DNA from: Octopus bimaculoides
Taxonomy: Eukaryota
Direction: 5' to 3'
DNA length: 64,000 bases
Assembly (NCBI RefSeq): GCF_001194135.2
Contig: NC_068981.1
Span: 188,916,250 to 188,980,249 of the forward strand
The position numbers and the translations under genes are program-made. The notes under the pieces are model-generated. The model saw nothing but the letters and a program-made list of their open reading frames with translations. It made no database searches and was not told where the DNA came from. Positions 40,501-53,377 of this stretch are shown here, piece by piece; position 1 is the stretch's first letter, and every line of letters starts with the position of its first letter.

Positions 40501-42242
40501 TCTAGCTTGATCAAAGGAAGTCAAACCCTTTGGCTTATATTCTCAGCAAATGAAAGCCTAACCAAACCCACATGGCATATTGCATCCAATGAAACATTTT
40601 TGGTTATTCTTTTAATCATAAAATGCCATTAATGTTAGTCGTGTTTAAAGTATTTGGAAAATCTCTTGTTATTCATAGATTTTCTATTTCTCACAAATAT
40701 TGACTTATGAAACCACATTTACAACTAGTATACCACTAATGGTCTGCAGTTGTTGATTTTTGATCACATTTCACTTTATTGCATCTATGTGATGTTCACC
40801 AGTAAACATTCACTCTGTATTGGAAATTGATTTAAGTTGATCTATGTATCTATAACTCAGCCAGCAAGATTTATTTTTCCTATTTTAAGCTATACTATCT
40901 TTCCTTCCTTCTTTAATACAAAGCTCTTTTTCAACTATTATGCACAACAGCAACAACAATTTACCTCACTTTTTGCTCTTCACTGAATATACTTATCATA
41001 TGCCTAACAAATCATTTATTTTCTTGAAATTTTGTATTGATTTCATTTAAACATGGGAGGAATTCTCATTATTCTTGGTACCACCCTAAGGTATTTCTAT
41101 CATTCTGCATACTCTACTGTTATCTAAATGCTGTGTGACAGTGCTCTTGATCTCATTTTTATGATATTTAATGATATTTGACATGTTTATGATCAGAGGA
41201 TGGTTGTATCCAAGGAAAATTAAATTGCATCAAACACTGGATAAAAGTAAAAAGAATAAAAATCATATTGTTGAAGAGATGAATAACTCTTATACAGTAA
41301 AATAATTTAGTGGTTGAATTTGTATACTGTGGTAGTGGGACCTGGAGATGTGTGATGGTGAAGCATGGAGACATTATAATGCCCAAAGATATCATCCAAT
41401 TGAAAAAAGGAAGTTGGAACAACAAAAGTAAAAATAAAACATCTTGAAGAACGATCATTTCTAATGATATTTGCACAAATGAAATACTTTCCTTCATATT
41501 TTGAAAGGAATCTGAACAAAATTTGTAAGAGATATGTACATGTATGCCTGTGTACACGTCATCATTCATGTATTTGTGTGTTCCGGTTTATCATATATAT
41601 ATATATGTGTGTGTGTGTGTGTAAAGAGAAGGAGAAAGAAATGGTTAGATATATTGGGTGATTCTTACAGGTACACACTGAATCTATCTTTACTGCTTGC
41701 GGTAAAAAAAATGATAGAGTTAAATGTTGAACAGTAAATATTTTTGATATGACAATAAATTTTTAAATTAAGGATGGAGTATGTTTAAGTACAAACTCCT
41801 GGGAAATATGAAATTCCATAAATATCATTTTTTAAAAATTAAATTAAATGATGTAGAAAGAAAGAGTGGGATGTAGAAATTGAAAGTAATTAGTTGTGTT
41901 TCAATTTGAAAATTCATCGCACAAATATGTGTTGTTTTTATATTAGTTGCAGAAGATTAAAGTTAGATTTCTTTTGTGTGTAAGTGCTTATGATTTTTTT
42001 CTTTTTGCTTTCTAAATTAAAATAATGAAATCATCTAATATCTGAATCTAATCAACAAAATTAACAAAGATGTATTATTTTTTCACAAATAACATGTTCC
42101 TAATGTACTGGAAAGAATATTTGCTTATATCACATGTCATATAAGCAGAATTGTATTCTGTTTTCTGCAGAAAGTTATATCTTTTGTTCACTTTTGAAGA
42201 TATAGTATTTAAAAATGGTTTTGTTATCAATTTTTATTTCAG

Positions 42243-42425
42243 AAGACTTTGTGATGAAGATGATGAGTTAAGCGAAGTGGAGCCGGATGCAGTTCCAACT
42301 GAAGTGCGCGACTGGCTTGCTTTAACTTTTACACGTTCTATGAACAACATCAAAAGAAAAGGTGAAGAAAAACCCCGTTTCCGAAGTGTTGCCAATGTAA
42401 TACGAGCTGGAATAATGGTAGACAG
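42243..42425 (+). CDS. PDE1: PDE1 internal exon (183 nt, phase 2 to phase 2), PDEase_I_N region with second CaM-binding segment
   Basis: Acceptor ttttatttcag| and donor |gtaaat. Translates RLCDEDDELSEVEPDAVPTEVRDWLALTFTRSMNNIKRKGEEKPRFRSVANVIRAGIMVD(R), which carries the PDE1 signatures DAVP.EVRDWLA.TFT and EEKP.FRS. Confidence 0.97.
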
Positions 42426-45400
42426 GTAAATAATTTTTCATTTATTGTTGGAATATATTTTTTGAAATTTGAAATGAAGAAATATCTGTGATCCTTTTTA
42501 CCTCCATTCTGTTACCATTCTTATTATTACCAGTAGCTTTCTTTAAGAAGCTCTTCTCATGCTTACCCTAATGTGATTTTAGGAAGATTTCAATAAGACA
42601 AAAGCATTTTTACAAAAGGCTAGATATTATTTTAGCATATTTAAGTTTGGTTATTTATTGTACAAAATAATTGCTTAGTTTTTCTTTATGAACTTTACCT
42701 GTTTTAAGCTAATCATATCAAAGTAAGAAAAAAAGAAGCATTTGGGTTTAAAGAAATTTTCTGTTAGTAAATCTTGCAGGTTATAATATTCATTTAAAAA
42801 AAAAAAAAACTTTTCTCTGCCACAAACTGTAGCTTGCTTCTAATGATTTAGCTTTTAGATAAGCAGGAGTTCTCTAACTACATTTGATAAATGACTGCTT
42901 TTGGCGTTGCTAATTCCATATGTTGAAACTGCCTAAAGAGAATCTCCAGAAATAAAATTGTTCAATTGTTTTAGTTACAACAACTATAACATATTTTGCA
43001 GTTTCTTATGGACGATGGAAAAAAAGAAACAATGATAAAACAAAGAAAAAAAAAATAATAGCAGTAATGACTTCTTTGTTAGATGAGGAACTTTGTTGAA
43101 ATTAAGAAGATTTATAGGTGCTTGTTAAAGATATTATGCATTACAGACTCATCAAACATTTGGTACATCCACAGCTTATCAATAGCTTTTAATTAAGTAA
43201 GAAGCCTCAAGACAACTGGTGATTAAATGTGATGATATTTACACCTTTCCCAAATTGAAAATGAGAAATTAATTTCTAATTAAGACTTAAAATACAATCA
43301 TGCTCCAAACCAATTTAACAAAGTTTTCTACAGATATTTGGTTGTAAAATTGAACAACATGCTGTACCTTACTATGTTTAAAGATATCTGTGGTATAGTA
43401 ATGTCAATGTTCTAAACAGGGCAACCTTGTTTAAAGGATATAAGGACAGAGGATAAATATTTGTATGATTTATGAAATTTTCTAATACCACAGCTGAAAC
43501 AGCTGACAAAAAGAAGTGATAAAATATAACTTCTCTAAACTTCAGAAATAAAATAAGTCATTCGTTGAAGACAAACAGATGAGAAGAATTTTCATTGTCT
43601 TTTTAGAATCGTTTTATTGCAGCTTTCTCCATCTGTCAAACTTATCTCCCTTACTTCATTACATAGTCCACTTCCTTTCAAACAGGCTCTACAATATTTG
43701 TTCACATTAATGTTTTTTGACTATAATCTACAAGCCTTACGTGTTTATTCATTGAGATTTATGCAACTCTTTGATTCATAATTTGCAATTTTATTTCCTA
43801 TCTTTGGTCTCTAAGTAACAGCTTTCTCCATTCAAATCAAAACAGGTGTAAAATGTTTAAGATAAATGTTGTCAACATAAAAATTAGATGAGCAAATACA
43901 TTGATCTGTTTGCCAAAAGTCAGTAAAGTGAGAGCTTGTAAAAAGATGAAAGTAATTTAGAATATAAAAAGACAGATAACAGATATATGAGCAAACAAAT
44001 GAAATATTAAATGGAAAATTAAATTAAAACTTCGGGAAGACATTTGTTACTCTAGACACACTGCTTCTATATTCATCAAATATAAATCATATTATATTTC
44101 TCAAAAGTTCTAAGGTAAAGAATGGTAACACAATAAATAATGCTGTTTTCAAAGGAAATCGGTTTTGTACAATCAGACCAAATTGCTTCATTCAAGGTAG
44201 TTACTATTGTAGCTACTTTGAATAAAGTAATTGTTTTACAAACATGTAGTGATTGTCAAAACTGTATTGGGAACAAGCAGGTAGTTGGTTTCAAAACTAT
44301 TGATGGTCAACATGTAGTGAATTTCACAACTGTGGGCAAACATAAAAGGATGGCCTTTTCCCTTTTTTTTTTCTAATATTCTTTTGCTTCGATGTAGAGC
44401 AGCACCTTTTTTTTTTCAAGGTGCCTGAGGCAGGTGGGGGGAGGAGGAGGAGTTTTCCGCAGATAGTAGACCTTGCCTGAATGTTTATAGTTTTAGTAGC
44501 CAGTAAGGTGGGCATAAACTGAAGCTTGTTTGTCAAAGTTAAAAATTCAATTAACATGGGAAAGTATGGGATATTATTAAAATTACCAACTATTTCAGTG
44601 TTTGCCACGACTGAGCTGTGTCAAATTACTATAAACAGATTAGAATTTAGTGTACAAAACCGATTTCCTTATTTGAACCATAGGGGACTCAATCGATGAA
44701 ATTAGAGACAAGATCACTGATGCTGTGTGGTTTGAATGACAAAAACACATAGTTATCAGTGGCCAAGTATCCATTACTTTCAGCAGAAAATGATACCACT
44801 TGTGAAACTAAACAAAGATGGTGCTGTGCAAAGGACGAGTAAGTTTCCCACTTTTGAGAGCTGTGTTCTGTTCTCAATGTGAAATAAATATCTGAGATAT
44901 ATCAATGTCCTACTGATGAGGAGATTTATCTCCTTGGTTTAATGTTACAGGCTGTAATGGACTTCTGTGATTTGGATAGAATTAGCTTTAGCAATATGCC
45001 TGAGATCTATTTTCTCTGATAATTTATGGAATATACTCTTAATAATATTAAGAATTACTGAACATTTTGAATGCCACAGATACAGTATGGCAATTTTTCA
45101 TAGAACAAATTGAGTTTAATAGGTTTATTCAAATTCAGCTAATGCCTTCCTCTCATTGTCTAATAATGAAGCCCTCACATCATTATGCAGTAAATAAAGC
45201 TATGTTACTGTGAAGAATAAACAAAATATCCCCTTCTGTCTTCTGATCACAGATAATTTTATATTAAATCTTACTTTCAAAATTGTTGCAACAGAGTATA
45301 TAAAATAAAATGAAAAATCTTAATATAAAGTATATTTTAAAACATATTTATGACACATGACATAGGAAAAGTTCATGTGTATAATAATTTCTTCTTGTTG

Positions 45401-46080
45401 ATAAAGATTATTTCTTACACATAAAAATGTTGCTTTTTGTATATATTTCCATATCTGAATAAATTTGTTTCTTTGAATTAAATGACAGTTTTTTTCCCTA
45501 GGGATAATGTATAGTTGGACAGAAATCAATGAAGGTTATTTCCATAAAAGTTTTAAAACTGTAGGTGTTATTATAACTAAATAAGTAATACAAATGCTTT
45601 TATGGAGAGGCTCTTGGGCCATGGCTTATATTTGTAAGTAATGTAGAAAACAACACTGGAGTTATTTAAATAAATTACCAGTAATTATTTGGTATATCAG
45701 AACTACAAATATCAACTAGTAAACTATTAAATTAGTGCTAATTAAGTTCATTATTTTGGTATAAACTTTACAAGATCTACAATATCTTTTATTCACACAG
45801 GTTTCTAAAACAAATGCTACATCAACTTTATCTTTTACTTTCAACAAAACTGCTAATTCTTCAGAAATTATTACTGTTTTTATTTTTCATTATTATTATG
45901 AATATTATTATTATTATTATTATTATGAATATTATGGTGCAGTTGGCAGTTCTGAGGAAATGAAAACTGTCAAGCAATTTATATCTTGAATAACTTCTTT
46001 ACTCATAATACTCAGGCCTAGCAGAAAAGCATGGACACCACAATTCGTTTATTCCACACTCCTATAAATATTCTTGTTCA

Positions 46081-46148
46081 TCAAATCGTCCAACCCATGC
46101 TAGCATGGAAAGCGGACGTTAAACGATGATGATGATGATGATGATGAT
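46081..46148 (+). mobile_element. Ultra-short 5'-truncated family A insertion
   Basis: 47-nt 3' end plus (GAT)n only. Confidence 0.8.
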
Positions 46149-48590
46149 AGCCATCAATTTAATCGTAATACTCTTTAAAGTTTGAGCTTGGATTTAGGAA
46201 AACTAATGACAGTCTGCATCAATAATTAGTGGCTATAAATAGAGCTCAAAAGTGAAATAAATTGGTTTGTCATGAGGAAAAGAAAAAAGTTTAACATTTT
46301 GGTCAATAACCTACATTAAAGAGAAAAGGGTTCAATTGCTAAGAGGGCCTATAAAAGCTATAGCACTGCCCGCTTCCCTACTTCAAACTAGACCATTAAA
46401 TAGAACAAAGGCCATAAGGATTTTCTATACCACAGTAATAAATAATCTTGATTTGCTCTTAAAACTACTCCTTTTTTATTTCAACTTTTGATTACCTGGT
46501 GATATTTAAAATAGGAAGCATGAAGGTTACATACTGTCGTGTCTGATTTATTTTCATCTTATTTTCTCTTCCACACTAATTTGTGAAAAACATTAGTAGA
46601 ACCACAGCAAATCTGTAGAGTGTTTTCTATCTGAAAATTCTGTTAACTTTACATTATCAATTCCAATGTGCATCATGACTTTAATGTTTTCTTGCATTAC
46701 TCAATGTGAAACACAAGCCAGATCTATAATTATTAAGACAAATTCCACAAAATTCAGTGGAATATGATTACACAGGATTAGACGTATTTCACTATATCAG
46801 CATGAATTTTTGAAAGCATAGTTTTCTCTAGTATGAATTGCTGATAACCAAGTTGACAGAATATTATATTACCAGCTAAAGATTTGGACATTCATATCTT
46901 GCCACCAGTTTTGTGCTGTGATGGTGGACAAGGTATATAATTCTCAAATAAACAACTTAAACTATGAAATGTAATTCATTCATGTTTTATTCTTATCTCT
47001 GGTTCAGTTGAACAAATTGTGATAAAGATACTGAGAGTGTTGTGTTTAATAGTCTTAACAGTAACATATCTAGGAAGAGAGCTTTATTTTCATTGGCTTA
47101 ACACAACAGAAACAGAACTAAATAACAGCTCTAGGAATTAAGGTTTTTTCCTGAAAATATCAATATTTTACATAAATTATATTTTAAAAAATCTCAATTT
47201 ACTAAATAACCATTTACTAGTAATTTTATCTTATTTCAAACCATTTTCATGAGTTTAGATGAGTTGGAGCAGTGCCTATGACATTTGCAGGCCACATACA
47301 CAGCATGGAAGTTGATGTGGTTGATGTCTAGTCTGAATACTTTCAGGATAAACACAGACAGAAGAGAACTGGAGTCTAGACTGAGGACTTACAATAGAGA
47401 CATCTTAGGTACCCAAGAACCAGTTATTGATGTGAAACTGGTTGTCAGGCTAGTACTACCCCACCCCCAACAGGGAATTATCATGGTACTGGCTCTTGAG
47501 AAGTTGTTCAACTAGAAAGACAATGGAAAAGAGTTTCAACCAAGGCATAGAAATGTTGGAATAAAGCTAAGGTTCAGGCTGGTTATCAAAGTGGAAAAGT
47601 TTAAGGGGGTTGTTAGGTGTAGTGTTGGGTTGTCAACATGTTGAATGAATAATTTAGATGACCAATCACAAACTGTGGCCTAACAGGCAGTTTTTAGTGA
47701 CCAAAATGCACTCATTCAAGATTGAGATTTACATACAAGAAATCATTCTTTTTCTTTTTTTTTTTGCTGATGAAAATACACCTATTAAGTTATGTGCAAA
47801 ACAGCTACACTTTGATATAGAGTGGCATAGCTGGACACTGATAGGATTATGAGATAAAGTTTCAATAATCTGTTGGCTAATACAGTGGAATCTTGGTTTC
47901 CAAATTTAATCTATTCCTGAAGATAGTTCATCATCTGAAATGTTCATAAATCAAAGCTATTTTCCCAATAGGAAATTCAAGAGAAAGCACCGCAAATTCA
48001 AGCAGGGATGTGCACAGAGCGAAAGCTGGACAGAAACTGATGCTCTCCTCCCACTGATACTCTCAGTTTGTTGCCAACCATTGCTGCCAGCTAGCATGTT
48101 GGTTACTCAAGACATCATTTGCCACCCAAGACATTTAATGTTCAAAAACTTGATTGTAAACCAAGGTTCCACATTATAAGCAAGAATCTTTTCCTACTGA
48201 CATTTCTAAAGCTTCTTCATCAAGTCTGTAGACCTAACATACCTGTATTTAATTTTTCTCTTCTGCTTGTTTCACACCGTATATTTGTTTTTGGATATTT
48301 CAAATTATTGCTGTTTTGAAATTTCAGTTGTCTTCAATATATATATATATAGGGATTAAAATTCAAATACTTAAAGAGATCAGATAAAATTTATTTTCTA
48401 TTCAAATGCTAATTAGCTGCTAATTTCTTGATAGTCTGTGTTATACCAATCTTTCCATTGGTAATGTTAGTTTAACTTACCACAGATTAATCTAGGAGAG
48501 TTTGTTAAAATGAATGTCCTTTGTCGTCTTTAAATCACTAATACTTTATATAAAAATGATGTACAACATAATATTTCTTTTATTTTACAG

Positions 48591-48602
48591 GCTTTTCAAT
48601 AG
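48591..48602 (+). CDS. Candidate 12-nt PDE1 microexon (GCTTTTCAATAG)
   Basis: CTAAT branch-like motif at 48538-48542, tttcttttattttacag| acceptor, TAG|gtatat donor. Frame-preserving and stop-free; adds LFNR between VDR and IYRR. Confidence 0.3.
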   Translation, partial: AFQ

Positions 48603-49510
48603 GTATATTTTTTCTTAACCTTTGCACATATTTTCCCAAATAAAACTGTTTAAGCTTAATTAGATACTGATGGTATTTTGGCACTATATTCTCTTAATAT
48701 TACTTTACTATTTACAAAGATTTACAACAATTAGTTTTAAGACTTAATTCTTAAGGAATGTAATAAATAAACAAACTGGAACAAGGTTACTGAAGAAAAT
48801 AAGAAAAATTCTTTAAATTTCACTGTTTAATAAATATATATATATGTATTTGTAGTAGTCAAACATGCTGCAATAATTAAAAAGGAAATTAATATCTTGC
48901 TTGAAAGAGCAGTATTATAAAATAATGAAATATCTTGAACAGCAAGAAGTAATAAAAAAAATCTATTGATTTCTGTCTAAAGAGAGAAAAAGAATTGTAT
49001 GAATACAATACTAAGACTAGTTTTTAAATAAATAAGAAATAATAAGAACAAAATTTTTTAATTTAATGGAAAACCTATCCAGTTGATAAATATTTGCTGG
49101 AGGATTTTTTTGTTTTCCTTAGTTTCAATCATTTGATTCCAACCAAAGTTCTTGAGAAAATATTTTCAGAAGTCTGTTATGTTTTACTAATCTGAGTTCA
49201 ATTCTGAGGTGAATGTATTCATAATGAGATTCTCTGCTGACAGATGAAGAAAAAATGTTTAGAACACCTGAACTGTGCATCAGCTAATTAAGATTGTTTA
49301 ATCTCAGGCGTTGCAAACGGGGGTTTTTTTTTCAATCTTTATATTCTGTTTTCAAATTAGCATTAATAATTTATGCAATAAAACCAAATAGAAAAAAAGT
49401 TATTAATTTTTTGAAACTATGATTTTTTAAACTTTGCTAATTTTTTGGTTTAAAGATAAATATAAATGAATAGTTTTTATCATTGAGATAGTTTATTTAA
49501 TAATAATAAT

Positions 49511-50533
49511 CGTTTCTTCTATAAACACAAGGTCGGAAATTTTGTGGGAAGGGGTTAGTTGATCACATCAACCCCCAGTGTTCAACCAGTAATTATTCCA
49601 CTGAGCCCAAAAGGATGAAAGGCAAAGTCAACTTTGGAAAAATTTGAACTCAGAACATAAAGACAGATGAAATACAGTTAAATATTTTGTTTGGAATGCT
49701 AACAATTCTGCCAGCTCACTACTCTAACAACAACAACAATGATGATGATGATAATAATAATAATAATAATCCTTTCTATTAAAGGCACAAGGCCTGAAAT
49801 TTGGGAAAGGGGGATAGTCAATTATATCGACCCCAGTACTCAACTGGTACTTAATTTATCGACTCCGAAAGGATGAAAAGCAAAGTTGACTTCAGTGGAA
49901 TTTGAACTCAGAATGTAGCGACAGGCAAAATACTGATACTGCCAAGCATTTCATCCAGCATGCTGATGAATCTGCCAGCTGCCTGCCTTGATAATAATAA
50001 TAGATTGGTGCATTGGGAACAGTAAGCAAAGATATAGACAAATGGCTGAAGAAGACTGGAATACAATGCTCTGTAGAGCTTCTACAGAAAGTTTGTCCCT
50101 TAGGGACAGCAAGGAATGTCAGGAAGGTTCTAAGCACTTGAAAAGACTACTGAAAACTTGTGAATACCTAAGGTTACAATGTAGTAACCCGCTACCCACA
50201 TAAATCCTACCAGCAATAAGACCAAACCTGAGTCAAACCAAAATGATAATAATGATGATGATAATGGTCTCAAATTTTGGCAAAAGGCCAGTAATTTTGA
50301 GGGGGAGTAGGTAGGTTGATTACATCAACCCTGAAAAAATGAAAGGCAAATTTGTGGGGAGAGGACTAGTTGATTATATTAACTCCAGTGAAACACTGGT
50401 ACTTAATTTATTAACCCCAAAAGGATAAAAGGCAAAGTCGACTTTGATGGAATTTGAACTCAGAACGCAGTGGCAGACGAAATACTGCCAAGCATTTTGC
50501 TCAAAATGCTTATGATTCTGCCAGCTCACCACC
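49511..50533 (-). mobile_element. Three family B SINE copies (about 49511-49722, 49771-49987, 50266-50533) separated by (TAA)n-rich spacers
   Basis: Repeated AAAGGATGAAAGGCAAAGTC core and CTGCCAGCT head in reverse orientation. Confidence 0.8.
50004..50243 (+). mobile_element. R4/Dong-type non-LTR retrotransposon 3' end, copy 1
   Basis: IGALGTVSKDIDKWLKKTGIQCSVELLQKVCPLGTARNVRKVLST* (50004-50141) matches the GALG...LQK..LLGTA.ILRK.L C-terminus; TAA/GAT repeats on both sides. Confidence 0.7.
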
Positions 50534-50566
50534 TTAATAATAATAATAATAATAACAATAATAATT

Positions 50567-51120
50567 GCACAAAAGAATATGAACAGGCTCTTTATACCGT
50601 AAATACCGATATGAAGTAATAGAGAACTGGTATGAGCATGTACTAAGTAAAGTTACGCAGGAGGATGGAAAAGTAACGATACTCTGGGACTATGATTTTC
50701 AGACGGATCGTGTAATCGAACACCATCAGCCGGATATTGTCATATTGAATAAGAGAGACAAATACCATCAGATCACTGACGTAGCCATAGCAAATGACAT
50801 GAATGTTGTGAGTAAAGAGATTGAAAAAGATCACCAAGTACTCCGAATTGAAAGTAGAAATGGCAAGACTGTATGGAATGTGAGAGGGTAATGTAAAAGT
50901 GACACCAGTGGTTATCAGAGCATTGGGCTCAATCCCATTGAAACTTCAAAACTTCTTAAGGTAACTGGAAATCCCATGAAAGATTGATGTCTTGCAAAAA
51001 GCAGCCTTATTGGGCACAGCGCACATCTTAAGGAAAGTATTATCGGTCTGAGGTCCTTGTTGTGACTTGACAGATGACTAAAGACTCCAGTGCATTTTTA
51101 CCTACATTGTGTTACAAAGG
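50567..51120 (+). mobile_element. R4/Dong-type retrotransposon 3' end with restriction-like endonuclease, copy 2 (decayed)
   Basis: WYEH...VTILWDYDFQTDRVIEHHQPDIVIL...ITDVAI...KY.ELK...PVVIRALG...LQKAALLGTAHILRKVL* with stops and a frameshift; (TAA)n on both sides. Confidence 0.8.
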
Positions 51121-51494
51121 AATAATAATAATAATAATTCCCTTTTTGAGATAATACAAAACAAACAGGTGGGAGACACACCAATCAAAAGGAGACACTA
51201 TAACAAAAGGATATTTGGATCAGTCCAAAGTATATGACATGAGAGACCATAGCTATTTGGTGGCTCTCCTCAGAGCCATTGGTTTTAGTCCCACCTTCAG
51301 ATGTTGGAACATGACGTTGTACAGTGGCATCTGTTTAGTAGTCAAATTAATTGGCCACCTCTGGGAACCTTTTAGCGTTGAACATTTTGGATATAGAAGC
51401 AATCAATACTATACTGAAAGAATACCAGGGACATACAGGAGCACACACAAATCAGGATAAGTAGCTGGGTTTGCTACTAGGATTTAGGAGAGGC

Positions 51495-52136
51495 AAAATC
51501 ATAGGGCAGGACGGTATTTACATTGGAAAATATGTAAACACTACAAAATTGGTACCCCTGCTCACTGGTATGAACATCATTCAGAGCCAGTTGTTGAAGG
51601 TAAAAATGTCACCATCCTCTGGGATTTTCCAGTTAACACCAACAGAACGATCCAGGCTAATTGACCAGACATAATTAGTAAAGACGGGGAAGAAAATACT
51701 TGCAAACTAACAGATGTAAGAGTTCCCACTGATAAAAATATATCCATAAAGAAATTTGACAAACTTAGTAAATATAAGGACCTGGAAATTGAAATACAAA
51801 AGATGTAGCATGTTAAAGCAAGAACTGTTCCTGATATTGTAGGTGCTCTAGGTATGATAAAAAAGGGATGTCAGAAACATTTAAATAACATCCCAGGAGA
51901 ACCATGTCTCAAGGAAATCCAAAAGATTGTACTAAGTACTGCCCACATCCTTAGAAAAACCCTATCAGTTAAATGTTCGTGTTGTATTATATGAAGGTAT
52001 TTCTCTACTACCTTCACAACTCCCCCTCGCCAAGCTTTCAGTTATATTTCAACATCACTTAAACTTCATTTACCTTAAGGGCACTGGGTTTGTCCTGGCA
52101 AGTGATTGCATCAAAAATATAGATTAAAAGCGAACA
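51495..52136 (+). mobile_element. R4/Dong-type retrotransposon 3' end, copy 3 (decayed, different subfamily)
   Basis: YLHWKICKHYKIGTPAHWYEHHSEPVVEGKNVTILWDFPVNTNRTIQAN*PDII...KYKDLEIEIQKM*...IVGALG...TAHILRKTL; followed by (TAA)n at 52141-52168. Confidence 0.8.
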
Positions 52137-52956
52137 ACAGTAATAATGATAATAATAATAATAATAATAGTTTTTGTAATATCAATGAATGTCACCTACA
52201 CAAAATTAATTAGTTTGCTAACTAATTAATGCAAGCATTGCATATAACTTTTCCCATGCATAATGCTTTGAAATCCATTTGTAAGGAAGCCTCAAAAAAA
52301 AAAAAGGGTAACATAAAAATTCACTTAGAATGCTTATTTTTCTCAATACCTTTCTTTCCTTTGTCTGGATTGCACAGCTTTTAGCTCTGACTGTAATATC
52401 TAAAGGAAATAAAAATCTGCTGCAAAACCCTTGAATGAAATAAAGGAATTTATGAGCTCATTCACAGGAGTCGAAACAAAAAAATTTGATCAAAGTTTAC
52501 ATAAGACAATTATAAATTTAATTAATCAGAAGAAAACAGATGACATCTGTCTGATACAAGCTGAATATAAACAACTTGCTTTCACTCTGATTTGTTGCTT
52601 TTCAAATTGTTCAAATGTAAATGATAAAATACATGTACAGTATTTGAATTATACCATTGTTTTCTTTCTAATGTTGTCAATAACAAATTTATTTTTATTG
52701 TATTGTTTTTAATCTTTTGTGAAAACATTATATTGAAGAAGAAAAAGAAACTGTTTGACTACAGTGATTGCAAAGAAGTGAGAGTGGATGGAACAAATTT
52801 ATCTAATAACAATTTCTATGTAGTATTTCTCAAAATAGAATGTTGTTGTTTCTTTTTAAATACATGATATTATCAGAAACTTGTCAATGATATATAATTT
52901 TATTCATATGACTTCTGTTTAACTTTAAAATTTTGTTCTAAAACCATTTTTTATAG

Positions 52957-53023
52957 GATCTACAGGCGAATGTCAGGGTCTGTTGGCTTACATATTCCAC
53001 AAAATGTACTTACTGTATTGAAG
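52957..53023 (+). CDS. PDE1: PDE1 internal exon (67 nt, phase 2 to phase 0), linker to the catalytic domain
   Basis: Acceptor ttttttatag| and donor |gttagt. Translates IYRRMSGSVGLHIPQNVLTVLK, like vertebrate MYRR...VGL.YP..V...LK. Phases match both neighbours. Confidence 0.93.
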
Positions 53024-53377
53024 GTTAGTCTTTTTTATTTATCATCATAAAGAATTTTAACAATTTCAGATACATCAAAAAATATTATATTAATTTCATA
53101 ATTTCACTCAGAAAATGCAGAGTTAATTTTATTTCTACCAAATACTTTTGACATTTTATTTTTTCTTATTAGTGTTGTTCATGATTTATGGAGATGATAT
53201 CAAAATATTGTTTTTTTGTATTGTGATACTTTTGTTTTTTAATTTTACATATTAACAGTCAACTGCTTGAGTTTTCATAGCAAAAGATGTTATCAATGGA
53301 TTATTATTAGCCATATCTCATTTTTGTTTCTAGTTTGCAAGATACGTGAAGTGAAATCATTAGTTGAGATTTTGCTG

